Assembly (NCBI RefSeq): GCF_964204645.1
Contig: NC_134029.1
Coordinates: forward strand, 15,742,950 to 15,806,949
Source of the DNA: Tubulanus polymorphus
Lineage: Eukaryota; Animalia; Nemertea
Reading direction: 5' to 3'
Length of the DNA: 64,000 nt
Part shown: piece after piece, positions 1-12,113 of the stretch
How the letters are laid out: the number at the start of each line of letters is the position of its first letter
Position numbering within the stretch: the first letter of the stretch is position 1
Notes under the pieces: generated by a model
What the model was told of the DNA's origin: nothing
Databases searched by the model: none
The model's input: only the letters and a program-made list of their open reading frames with translations
Program-made: the position numbers and the translations under genes

Positions 1-420
1 AAATTTGCATTACAATATCTTCTGTATCAACTTTATCTATTACATCTTTTGGTAATAATTCGTTAACAATTGTATCTATTACTCTACTTTTAATTCCATG
101 TAATTGCCCTTTCAAATAAGGATCAGTTGTATTTACTAATCTATTCATTAAATCTTTTCTAAATGTTACGGGTTTAATAACTTCCCTTTCGGGAGCCGTC
201 ATATATTCTTTAAATTTTTCACGCGTTTCGTAATCAATTACACTATCATCTTCATCAGCTAAACTAGAATTATATGATGGATCATCATCATCATTATTTA
301 AATTATTATTATATGCGATCCATCATCATTATCAATATTAGTTTCATTAAAATCAGGTTGTGGTTCATCACTTATACCAGGGGCGTCACCAAAAGTATCC
401 ATTGGAATATCTTCTTCCAT
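1..420 (-). pseudogene. 5' part of a Polinton coiled-coil/membrane protein gene (homolog of 14380-15603)
   Basis: Translates to ...IKSRVIDTIVNELLPKDVIDKVDTEDIVMQ, matching MKSRVTDTIVNELLPKDVIDKVDSEEIVMQ of ORF 14348..14710. Confidence 0.8.
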
Positions 421-436
421 TTATATAATAGAAAAA

Positions 437-1739
437 TTAAAATTTAAAATATAATATTCCTCCTATTACAATTCCTATACAAGTTGTAGCTAATTTAGCA
501 TTTTCATGTGATTTATTATCATTATTACTTTTAATTATTTTATGCTGAATATTATCAGTTTTAATATTTTCTGATGTATTGTTATCTTTTATTTTAGAAT
601 CATTATCCAATCCAATATTTATAGTTTTAGTTTCTGTTGATTGAATATGTTTTTTAATTTTTTCACCTTCCATTAGTCTTGGAGCAGTAATAATCTTTTT
701 ATTTATGTCATTTAATCCAAATGAATTATTTATTGTTGCAGTCTTAATTCAATTATTATAACCAATTATATTTCCCATCTTTAATACTAAATCATTTGCT
801 ATAATTTATAGATTAGGACCTATATAATAATTTAATCTTACATGAGATTTATCTAACTGATTTTGATGTCTTACAATGTTTTCTGGAATCGATCTATTTC
901 TATCATTATGAATTGAATCTTCAAATAAAACTTTAAATTGTTTCTGCGCGTCAAATGAAGTGTAATCATTTCCAACTATTGGGGATCTTGTTTCAACCTG
1001 TGTACCCTAGAATACAAATTAAATGTATTCTAATAGATTGATTTATTCGTTGTATACCTGATTTAGTAAAACCTTCACTATTATCTAAGATAAAATAAAC
1101 CCAACCATCATTATTATCAATTTTATAATTATGATAAGCACCAACTCTATGCATATAATCAATTCTTTTTATTTCAAACTGTTCACCAACACCATGTAAT
1201 TTACCATGCGCTCTAAAATCGGAATTAATATTTATATTAAATTCATTACATAATTTATAAAACTTAGATAGATTAATATTATCATCCAATTCTTTAAAAT
1301 ATTTCGATCCAGGTAAAGGGCATTCTAATTCGTTTATTATAGTTCTGATTTGAAAATATGTATGAAATCTAAATATTGTATGAATGAATTTTAAATCTGA
1401 ATAAGACAAATTTTTATCTAAGTTATTAAGATGATTGTTCCAACTTATACCACACCCTGTTGTTGCAGAATAAACAGCAAAATTTAATTGATTCTGCCAA
1501 TATTTCATATTACATTTTAATTTATATATATTATATTCATCCCGAGTAAAAGTAACATCATATGTATTAAATATATTTTCCATTTTAGAAATAGAATAAT
1601 TTGTTTCGGCTACATAAATTTCTATATTAACTAATGAGTTCAAAACTAAATTTTTATATGAAACATTTCTATTAAAATCTATTGCAGGGATATTATATTT
1701 AATTGATTTATTATATTGGAAAGCTTTTGGAAACCCCAT
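437..1739 (-). pseudogene. Conserved Polinton protein of unknown function with a C-terminal transmembrane anchor (frameshifted)
   Basis: ORF 993..1739 (YWQNQLNFAVYSATTGCGISW...FRFHTYFQIR) continues past a frameshift (TQVETRSPIVG..FDAQKQF) into ORF 437..673, which ends in hydrophobic CIGIVIGGILYFKF. Confidence 0.7.
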
Positions 1740-1759
1740 TTATAAAATAAAAAAATTAA

Positions 1760-3231
1760 TAATTAATTAATTCTTTTAATAATTTATCTTGTTCTTCAAT
1801 TGGTAAATTACCATTTAAACTTATGATATAATGTAGATATTTTTTGATTTATTAATTTCTTTTATATTGGATTTTATTTTTTCTTTATTACTTTTATATT
1901 TAATTTTGAACTTATACCAGTTAAAACACTTGAACTTAACCCTTACACACCAATTGATATAGCTAAAGGAGTTATTGGTGAAAATATTGCTAAAATGTTA
2001 TTACAGAACATATTGTAAATGAACCACTAATAATAGAATAATATATAATTTTAGATTTTAAATATTTTGTCTTTTTTATCTTTAAGTCACTTTCTAATTC
2101 TAATATTTGTTTTTCTAAATATATTTTTAATTTAGTTTTATTTATATCATGAGGAATAATATCATTATTATCAACTTTATCATCCATTTATTTAGAAAAG
2201 AAATTACTAATTAGAAAATTTATAAGCAACAAATAATACAATGACTGTTCCACCCAAAATCCAAATTATTTCATATTTCTTCTGTTCATTACTTGGGGTA
2301 TAATAATCTGATATTGTAGATTTATACAGATGTATCTTTTATTTGTTACTGCGTTATATAAACTCATAGCTTCATCAACTGATCGAAAATCTCTATGTGT
2401 AATTTTCTGATTATATAATTCTTTAATGATGTAATCCATATAGTTATGTCTTTTTTCTCTATATTCTTCTGCTGCTTTATTGTATTTCTCAAATGCTAAG
2501 TTATTTCTTCTTTGTTCTGCAAATGAACTATTTTTATCATCGTGCTTAAATAAATACCCACCACCTGTAAATGCTAAAGCGTTAACAATTGCTGACCCTA
2601 TAATAGTTATAATTGCAGATGCCATTTATTTAGTAAAAAAATTATGCATTTATATAGGAGGAATATATTTTTGTTTTTCCAAATAATCAATTGTTAAATT
2701 AGATAAAGTTACTGCTAATGTTAATTTCAAAATATCATTGATATCAAATTTATCAACATTAATACTTCCCATTTTAAATACTTTTTTAATACCATTGTAT
2801 AAACAACAGTTCCAACTGATAGTAATGCTCCATTATATAAACCAGTTATTATCCACTTATTATAACTCATTTATTAATCAAAAAAATAGCCATCGTCAAA
2901 ATATTTAGTTAACTTAGTTATAATTACTTCAACATTTTTTTCATTACTACTTTTATGATTATCATAGATTTCAGTTATTATTATTTTTTAAATCATCGAT
3001 AATAAAATCTTCATCTAATTCATAAAATCTTTAAGACTCTCTAATTAAATCGGTAATCTTTTCAACATTATGAATTTCTTTATCTATTGTTTTTTCATAC
3101 TCAAATGTTGTTTCGTTAGAAAATGCAATATTTTTTAGATGAGTTATTACATCATTAATGTTGAATTTCATTTCTTTCTCACGTTTAAAATCAAATCCAA
3201 AACATATACTCGGTCCAACAGTTATATTCAT
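1760..3231 (-). pseudogene. Four small Polinton genes (ATGs at 3231, 2870, 2625, 2187), several with hydrophobic helices
   Basis: Head-to-tail ORFs, each opening with TAAATG. The 2625 gene begins MASAIITIIGSAIVNALAFTGGGYLF. The 3231 and 2870 genes recur at 59038 and 59400. Confidence 0.65.
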
Positions 3232-3247
3232 TTATATAGTCAGAAAA

Positions 3248-3506
3248 TTACTCTCTACATCTTATAACTAATTCATAAATTACGGGAAAATTATTTAAAT
3301 CAATTAAGTAACCATTATGATTTCTTATTTCTTATTTAAATTTATTAAAATGTGGAATACAAGGTTTAAAATCACACTCAGCTAAATTATAATATATTTG
3401 TGTTCCAAATTGTTTAACATTTTTTTAGTGGTAAAATATTTAATATACTAGAATTACAAATTGTATCTTCGGTTGCTTCAAATGTTTTTGTATGACCAAT
3501 TAAATT

Positions 3507-3544
<38 letters not shown>

Positions 3545-4032
3545 TGTATAAAAGGCATTATATTTGAATTACCGTCTATGTTTCCTGTAACAGTATCTGG
3601 TGCAATTCCTAGCAATTTAGCTAATGGTTTTTTTGCCATAAATGCATTTTGACTTTCATCATATACCTTTATTTTAATTTTATTTGTACTATCACTTTTT
3701 ATAAATCTAATTACAAATTTGTCATCTCTTCTAATTTTCAACCGTGCTCTTCGGTTAATTTCTTGAGCTAATGTTTCTAAATTATATAATCCTGGTTTTA
3801 AAATTAGATGAAACCATTTATTTATATTTCTAATATGAATTAAAAAAGTATTATCTTCAATAGTTTTATCCGTTATATTATAAAAAGAATTACATAAACT
3901 TACATTTACTAATTTTAAATCTACGCAATTCTTAAATTATCTATCTAATTGTACTAGTAAATTATGCGATTTAGAATTTAACAGTTTTCTAGAATCAACA
4001 AATATTCTATATTCTTTTAATTTATCTTGCAT
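3248..4032 (-). pseudogene. Minor capsid protein (penton-like, single jelly roll), disrupted; contains a (TA)n expansion
   Basis: Homologous to 58271-59021; ends ...RNHNGYLIDLNNFPVIYELVIR, a pattern typical of Polinton minor capsid C-termini. Confidence 0.7.
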
Positions 4033-4046
4033 TTATTTTACATATT

Positions 4047-4400
4047 TTATTCAAAATCTATTTCATGGTGCCCTTTGTCATTCTTACCTTTATATATGAA
4101 ATAGAAATCACCTGAACATAATTCTTCTAAATCTTCACTTGATAATCTATGAAATCTATCTGGTAAATATGTTCTGAATTAATATTTATTGCCTTTTAAT
4201 CCTTAATATTCTAAGTGAATAACTAATTTATCTCCATATTTATTAGTAACTGTATCAATATTTGTAATTAGATATTTCTTATGAATTGTTAGTTCATTTA
4301 ACTTCTTAAATTTATAATCTACAAATTTTACATTTGTAGTATCTTTGATTATATCTAGAAATGATTTGTTGTTCTCACTGCGGACTTGTTTACTCTCCAT
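4047..4400 (-). pseudogene. Small putative OB-fold protein (copy of 62497-62838), with in-frame stops
   Basis: MESKQ...FKKLNELTIHKKYLITNIDTVTNKYGDKLVIHLEY...YLPDRF...HHEIDFE, nearly identical to the intact 113-aa ORF. Confidence 0.75.
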
Positions 4401-4449
4401 TTTAATATCAAATTTGTTATTAAAATTGATTAACATGCTAGAATCCTTA

Positions 4450-6595
4450 TCATAATCTCATCTCTTTTGTTTCTCCCTTTTTAAATTTTAAGTATTCATC
4501 AAAATTGCAACCATAAGCAACTGTGTGTATACCATCATCTAAAACATATCTTTTATCGTCAAATGGGTTTAAACTTATCTTCTCCATCTCTGCAATAAAC
4601 ATTTCATGATCTTCAGATCTTAAACATTTCATCTTATGTTTTCTAACTTCTTCATTAAATATACAATAGATGTAATCTTTAAAATGAATATTCTTTTCAA
4701 CAACGCTTTTTGTTATTCCTTTCAATTTCTTTGATTCATGAGTTTTGGTTTATAACTATACATTTTAGATCGAATACCTATAAATTCAATCATATCTTCA
4801 CCTCCTAATTCATCTTTGAATTTACCAGGCACCTTTTTATTATCATTGCTAAACAATTCATAAGCTTTTGGAGAATTTCTGAAATCATAATGATGTTTTA
4901 ATGTTTTTAAATCATCTGTTATGTTATTAGGTTTTATCTTTAATATGTAACAATCTGTATCAAAATATAAGATTTCTATATGCTTTTCTCCAAAATGAGG
5001 TTGTAATACGTTATAATAGAATTCATACATTAGTAACTTTGATATTTCTAAAACTGTAGCTCCAACATAAATTGGTTTATTAAATTTCATAGAAGTTCTT
5101 TTCATTTTAACTGCAGCTAAATTTTCATCAAATATTCTGTTACCAATAAATTTAGGATATGTTTGTAAATGTCTAATTCGTTTTCCTTTTCTAACTAACT
5201 CAATATCATTTCTATTTCTAATTTTTCTTACCATAGAATGCACTATTCATTAACTTGAAAAAATCTTTCTCAAAATCAGTTTTAGCTTTAGTTCTCTGTT
5301 TGGTGTTAAAATCTATATATTGTTCTAACCATTTAGATTGACTAAATGAAATATATCTATGTACTCTTTTTAGAATCATTCCTTGATTCAAATAAAACTT
5401 CAACATCCGATAATGCACTACATAATTATATTTAACTTCCTGAGTTACCATTAACTTTTCTGTATGAATATGATTTTCAGGTTTAATTCTTTTTTGATAA
5501 TTTGATAATTCTTCGTGTGTAACAGATTTATATTCGGGTCAGTATGCTAGATTTCTAGATTTAAATTTTTTATGTTCAGGATATTCTAAATCTACAACAA
5601 AAAAGTAACAAGTGTCTGAATCATCCGCAATATCTAGAATTCTTTTCTTCCAATCAACATTTTCGTGCTGTAAAATTTCAGTTATTTGAAATACTCCATA
5701 AGGCTGTGGTTCCATCATTGCCCAACCATATAGATTATTTGCATCTATATATAATAACTTATATCCAGGGTTATCATTTACATTGAAATATCTATCGCCT
5801 AATACACCCGAAACTCCTCCTCTTATAGATTTTTCAAATAATAATAATTGATCTATATTTGTTAACAAATCCATTTTTATATCTGTAAATTTTAAACCAC
5901 AATCCCAAGTTAAACCCGGACTAGAATAACAGTGGCAAGGATCAATATTAAAATATTTTAGATTTACATCTCTAAACCTTTCAAATATATCAGTTAATAA
6001 TAATACATCTGATTTTAAATATAAATCCACTAATTGTCCACGATTTTTCATTCCAAAATAATTCCAAATATTCGATGTTCTATTATAAACTTCATCTTTA
6101 ACATATTCATTTTTTAATTCATCATAGAATTGTTCTTTTAATAATTCAGTTATATTGAAATCATTATGCGATTTATAGAATGAATATGGAATTGCTCTTT
6201 TATATCTCATTAATTGAAAATCGTCATTATTTGGATAATGTAACTTTAATATTTTTAATTCATCATCAACTAATAAATGATTTGGATAAATTATCTAATG
6301 AACTACTTAAAAATCTATATGAATCTATGAATCTTAGACACCCAAATTGGAAAGATATATAATTCTCAGATGTTTTAGCTAACATTTTAAAATTTATAAG
6401 TTTGTATTTTATCTTTTGATCTATTTGAATTTAATCTTTCTATTTCATTATTGATTTCATCTATTTTATGACATAGTTGTTTGATGAATAAATGAGCATC
6501 ATACCCTGATAAATTATGAAATATTACTGGAACAAAATTAATTTTCTTAGCTTTTAAGTTACAATTCTCATGCGCTGCGCCTCTAAATTTACCTA
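4450..6595 (-). pseudogene. Protein-primed family B DNA polymerase (pPolB), fragmented
   Basis: Motifs SIRGGVS, LYIDANNLYGWAM, FFKLMNSAFYGK, NKPIYVG, YFDTD, PGKFKDE, RSKMY, DDKRY across consecutive frames. Confidence 0.95.
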
Positions 6596-7219
6596 TTTAA
6601 TCTATTTTAAATTTAAATTTAAAATAGATAAGTTAGTGAGATACTTTTAAAATCTGATTGAGTGCATCAAATATAAGAGGTCCACATCTGCACTACCAGC
6701 ATTAAATGTAATGATCATTTTAAGTTGAATCGTTATCATTTTTTCCAGTGACTGCCAACATAGCACTGCTTAAATATTATCTAGAGGCCTACACAGTACA
6801 TCACACCAGTAGGCACTCCGACTGGGTGACAGACAGACAGACAGACACAACACAGGACGAATCATCAGGACTAAGGAAAATTATGATATAATATCATCTG
6901 GCAGTGTTTTACACCGATTTTTTGTGAAAGTGTATAGCTATGCCTATAGTATAGGCTGTTGCACCTACCTTTTTGCCAATTTTGGCTTCTTCATTCAAAT
7001 CAGACATTCCTAAATCCGTCAAATATGTCGCTTCGAGGAAATATTTCAGTGCAAAGTTATATCCTTTCTGAAGTAACGGTATTGTTATGTAATCTTCTAC
7101 TGGTAGTTTGTTATCCAATTCGGCAATAAACAGATTAAGTCATCTAGGCCGTCTACTCGGTAAATGCCGCGGGTGCCACCATATTTGAAGGTCACATGAT
7201 TGAATAAAGATCAATGAAG

Positions 7220-7890
7220 AATAAACCATTTTACAGTTGCTAGCCGCCATTTTGTTAGGGTACTTTTGTCCCGGATTGTTGGGTCTTTTTTTTCTCTTTT
7301 TTAAAAACTATCCGTGATGTGTATTGTATCATATTTCACCTATCCATGGATGGATTTTGACAACTTCAGAGACAAGTGTAGTGAAAATGAAAAATAACTC
7401 CCATATACTGAAATACACGCAAAGAAAACAGCGCCGAATCTCGGAATGACAATACACGCGCTGCAGTTAAAGAGCCATAGGAAAAAAACTAGGCAAGATA
7501 TCTTAAAATTTCAAAGTTCACCTGAAAGGGGGCGTTTATGCGCACAGTGCTTGAAATGTCTGGATTTTTAGAAAATTATTTCTGAAAATAACGAACTTCA
7601 AAGTTCAGTACCCTGGATTTCTATGCGCACGGCAAAAACTGACCACCGATTTTCATATCGCTCTCATGTCGCATTGTTGCAAATTTGAGAAATGATTTTA
7701 ACATAACTGAAAACTAGAGATTCACGCGGTTTGAATGTTGCTGAAGTTGTCAAAATCCATCCATGGACAGATGAAATATGATACAATACACATCACGGAT
7801 AGTTTTTAAAAAAGAGAAAAAAATGACCCAACAATTCGGGACAAAAGTACCCTAACAAAATGGCGGCTAGCAACTGTAAAATGGTTTATT
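7220..7890. mobile_element. MITE-like element with ~150-bp terminal inverted repeats
   Basis: 7220-7368 (AATAAACCATTTTACAGTTGCTAGCCGCC...GACAACTTCAG) is the near-perfect reverse complement of 7741-7890; the interior is non-coding. Confidence 0.85.
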
Positions 7891-8335
7891 GATTTGAACA
7901 GAAAAATTATATTTTTTTAGGCCTGTGTGTTTAAATTTCTTTCCTTATTTTAGAAAATTGTGTGAGTTTCAAATTGGAAATCTGATATATAGCTCATAAC
8001 AAAAGATAAATAAAAAAATTGAATTGAATTGATCATGTGACTCGTTCTCAGCGACTACGTATAGAAAACTAGGTGTGAGCGTACACATGTAAAGGCGGTA
8101 TGACTATCGTTAAAGTACATGTAGTAGAGTAGAGACAGCAGTGCTGTAACACACAGCGAGGCAAGCGACTGCGTCCCGCTTCGTATAAACATAGGCTGAC
8201 TCGGATTGACTGCGAAAGATGAACTGTTTGACGCGCGGTACTAGATAAAAGATTACGCAGGGTTTCCGTGATCGTTAAATAAATGTCCGTTCTCTTCATT
8301 GGGGAAAGAATTGAACAAGCGTATCTATGCCAAGT

Positions 8336-9087
8336 CGAGTCATACCTATGTTCACCGGGTTCTATATTCCGCGGGTCCTATGTTCCCCCAAGGGAAATTA
8401 TACAAAAAGGGTTCTATATTCCCCGGGTCCTATCATCCCACAAGGGAAATCATACATAAAGGTATTCTATTTATTCCCCGAGTCCGATGTTGCCGGGTTC
8501 TATATAATTCCCCTGGTTATATATTACCCCACGGAAGAATGTGGAAAATGTACAAAAAGGTCCTTTGTTCTCATGGCCACAGACACTACATTTTGACGCC
8601 GGGAATTGAGAGCATGATAAAGGGGCCAGGCTGCCAAACCTGAAATACAACCCAATGTTAGTCGAAGTTGTGGAAATTCGTCACTATCATCGTATTATGT
8701 TTATTTTATTGGATGAAAATTAACGACATGAATCACAATAAAAAATTGCCCGGGCAAGTCTAAAAGCCTTTTTACAGTGTGACGTAACTACTGCATGAAT
8801 TACCGATATCGATCGATATCGTCATCTCGAACTGATCTTGTTCATTTCTCGCGGTTGCCAAAAAAATTAAAGCAAGTTTGTCTGAATCAAATTTATAGTA
8901 TTTTAGCTATTAAATGTTAAAATTGATGGAATATTTTAAAAAGCATAGGCATGGACCCCTCCGGTCATTCTTTTTTATCATTTAGATAATATGGAACCTT
9001 TTTGTATTATTTCCCCGGGGAGAATTTAGAACCCGGGGAAAATAGGACCCGGGGAACGTAGAAATCGGGAAATGTAGGGATGACCCC
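8336..9087. mobile_element. Non-autonomous DNA transposon remnant with inverted subterminal arrays of a ~16-bp unit
   Basis: The left end repeats CCCGGGTYCTATRTT-like units (8341-8530); the right end has their reverse complement (AGAACCCGGGG, AGGACCCGGGG, 9010-9087). Confidence 0.6.
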
Positions 9088-9300
9088 ATCATGACATCTC
9101 AGTGGTGTACTGATTACCCACACCTGTTACAAATTATTCGTCTTGATTAGTTCGCGCTTGCCTTTCGGGCGGCAGTAACTTGACATTTCTCTGTGTATGT
9201 TATTATCTCATACACTAGGTGTTACCTTAGCATCCGAAGAACAGCGTAGAAGAAAGCATAAAAGCAACTAGATTAGTAATCAAAGTTTCGTATATTTCAG

Positions 9301-9495
9301 ATGAAAATGAGTGTAACACTCCTGGTGTATGTGGGCAGCGCTCTTGCATCAACATGTTAGGCAGCTATCGCTGCATGTGTCCGCCAGAAGCCAGATTTGA
9401 TTCAGTCAAACTCTCATGTGATTCAGTATCTAACCGACAGTGTGGTACAAATGATGAACTTTGTAGAGGGACTAATATTGGCAGTCAAGAATCAG
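9301..9495 (+). CDS. FBN: Fibrillin exon: calcium-binding EGF domain plus linker
   Basis: tatttcag| acceptor and CAG|gtata donor, phase 1-1. Encodes (D)ENECNTPGVCGQRSCINMLGSYRCMCPPEARFDSVKLSC..., matching the penultimate cbEGF of fibrillins. Confidence 0.9.
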
Positions 9496-12007
9496 GTATA
9501 ACTTTTATTGAAGTCATATTTCTACTGTATTTAGATTCAGGTCATGGTGGCGGTGATCAGTTTATGAAATGAACCTTGTGTAGCCTTATGTTTTGTCTCT
9601 GGTTTTAGCCTAATGACAACGGGCACAGCCAACCTGTGTATCTTCTTTGTCGTTGAGCTGGCATCCCAATAGTCACGGACATTTAAGCACATGTAAAATA
9701 GAAAAAAGTGGCGTGCAAAGATGAATTAGTAAGCATTTCAGAGATTGGGATGTTTTTAAATTATGTTTATACGACGTTAGAATCAACTAGTTAAATAGAC
9801 GTCAGCCTATAACTAACAAAACCATCGACGTAAATTCACCGTGATATTTCGAAATCACGGTCATCAACGTAAGATCGACGTTTGGAAAACAATGTGCATC
9901 TCAGGGAAAAGTCAATGAAAAGCAACTCGGATAAAAGGGGCCATCCTGAAAAATTGATCTTCGTTTCTGTTATATCCCTTTCTGCGTTACTTAACATTAA
10001 AAACACGATTGGACGATGAGAATAGAGGCAGAAATTGTATTTTGTCACATATAACCCACGAACTACATCATTCATGAAAGGCATACATACGGAAGCGATA
10101 AAGGGCCTCCGCTTGTCGCGTTCCAACTTGACAGGTCACCACCACATTTATGTTGATATTTCACATCAAGTCGACATGAATATGTCAACATATCATGACG
10201 TTTTGGCGACATATTTCATTTTCTCTACCATTTTTCTCGCGACATATCGATATATTCATGCCGACTTGAGACTCAATCGTCATAATTCTGGCGTCCTCGT
10301 TTTTGGCAGTAAACAAAATCATCTGATTTTCCCCGGATAACATGGTTCCGTCGCAACGACCATGAAATCTCTTCGCAAAACATCAAGAATTTTTTTCCTG
10401 TCTAGTTGCATGTTCTTCTGTCAGGAAAGCCATCATGCAGGCCGGAAGTGTTATTATCCCTATCGGTCCCTAGTCCATAAAACGCTGTTGTAAACATTGC
10501 CTTGCCTTGAAGGACTTGTTCGGGCTTTAAATCCGCCTATTGGGGTACGATGTGGTACGGGACTCTGTCTATGGCACATATCCCATAACAATGTTGACTC
10601 GAATGTTGATTCAATGTTGACCCTGTGAAAGTTCTCAAGACACCCAAAACTTGTAAGCTACTCGTTTACGAACACGAGTGTAACTGTTGCTGCGCGTTTC
10701 GTTAAGGTATCCTGGACAGCCAGCATAAAAGAGTTTCCTAGTCGATTTCATGAGAGAGGCCCAACGATATCAATACGTATTCGCTGACCCCGTTGACCTA
10801 TTGGAATCGTTTAACATGAATCTCTAATTTACTTCTTTAGTTCCTAACCATCAGTAGAGGCCTAAAGATCCAGTGTCTCCTCATAACCTCACCTTCAAAT
10901 AAAAACAGTTTATTAACCAAAATGGAATATACGTGTTGTTTCTCTCGGAGATATCATCGGATTATGTACACATACGTCGGGTGTTAATGACTAGACTATA
11001 TAATAGATGACGGAGAACCCAAAGTTATACCTGCTATACCTCAACTGTTCTGGCAACAAAAAAAACAAGACGGATCTACATATCGTCTGAGGACAGTCGA
11101 CATTCAAATGTGGTATGCAACGAATATATCACGCTGTGATAACGTAAGCTTGATATGAAAACGAATTTTGATCGGTTTTGATCTCGAATGTACAATGGAA
11201 AAAATCGCGAACGAAAAGATACAGCATAATTGAATTGACAGTGGTAATGTTCGTTTTGTGGCCAATCGAAAAAAACATTCTTTTATATGTAATTCAAATT
11301 GAATTCGAACAAATTCCTTTGTAATTTCGGTTATTTTTGGGGGCACAATGGCTGGATTGCTTGGTACGCTTTAGGGGTTATATCAGGCTCAACTGAGGTA
11401 TAGGGCACAATTTTGTTCCTTCTGCGATGTACGTACATGATTATATTACTACACGCGATACGTTATGTATACGACACGACACAATACGTTCGTTATACGT
11501 TTTCATTTCGATGGTTCGACACCTATTACGTTCGTTTTAGTTTTTCAATTCGACTATTCGACTGTTCGTAAGTTCGTTATTGCTTTTCACTTCGATGGTT
11601 TCGACAGTTTGATTAGATGTAATTAAATGCTGTATGTAAGTTTCATGGATCGTGGTCGAAGTGTGGATTCCAAAATATTCTCCTATATATTGATCGGATT
11701 GTGTGCATCAATCTATGGAGATAGAATATTCCCAGATGTACGTGCGGGATCGTATGAAATCGACTGTCGAATGAAGCACACATTGCGCGGTATAAATCCG
11801 CTGAATTACGAACTACTGTCTCCTACACTGTCCCTTCCTCGGAAGAATTTTCAACATTGCTGTCCAACCGTTTCCTTTGGGAGACACCTGGTCAGATTCA
11901 AGGCTATATATAAACAAGTGCACGCGGTTACTACTACCGTACTTATGGCATTGAGGATATTTTACGCCAGTTGACGATTAACACAATCATGATATTTTGA
12001 TTTTTAG

Positions 12008-12113
12008 GCTTTTGTGCCAGTGAAAGAGGAAATGTATGCACGTTTAATTGTATCAATGAGCAAATGGGTTCACGCTGTGGATGTCCATCAGGTTATCAAA
12101 ATCTTGGCAGAGG
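12008..12113 (+). CDS. FBN: Fibrillin exon: final EGF-like domain
   Basis: tttttag| acceptor and GG|gtgagta donor. Encodes GFCASERGNVCTFNCINEQMGSRCGCPSGYQNLGRG, with the fibrillin CGCPxGY..G.G motif; in phase with both neighbouring exons. Missed by the ORF track. Confidence 0.88.

Larger units (their letters stand above)
1..6597 (-). mobile_element. Polinton/Maverick (adintovirus-like) fragment A; truncated inside PolB on the right and running off the window on the left
   Basis: Very AT-rich, tightly packed minus-strand genes: pPolB, small putative OB-fold gene, penton-like gene, several small membrane-type ORFs, a conserved ~430-codon gene and the start of a coiled-coil gene. Many stops and frameshifts. 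Confidence 0.92.

Noticed and set aside
1-6597. Free virus or bacterial/phage contamination suggested by dense intronless AT-rich genes
   Set aside because: The genes are riddled with stops and are interleaved with LINEs, LTR elements and spliceosomal exons; element E has a TSD, so these are integrated copies.
9354-9572. 72-aa stand-alone EGF ORF (and likewise ORF 51726..52076)
   Set aside because: These are internal exons of fibrillin read through into intron sequence; the true limits are set by splice sites.
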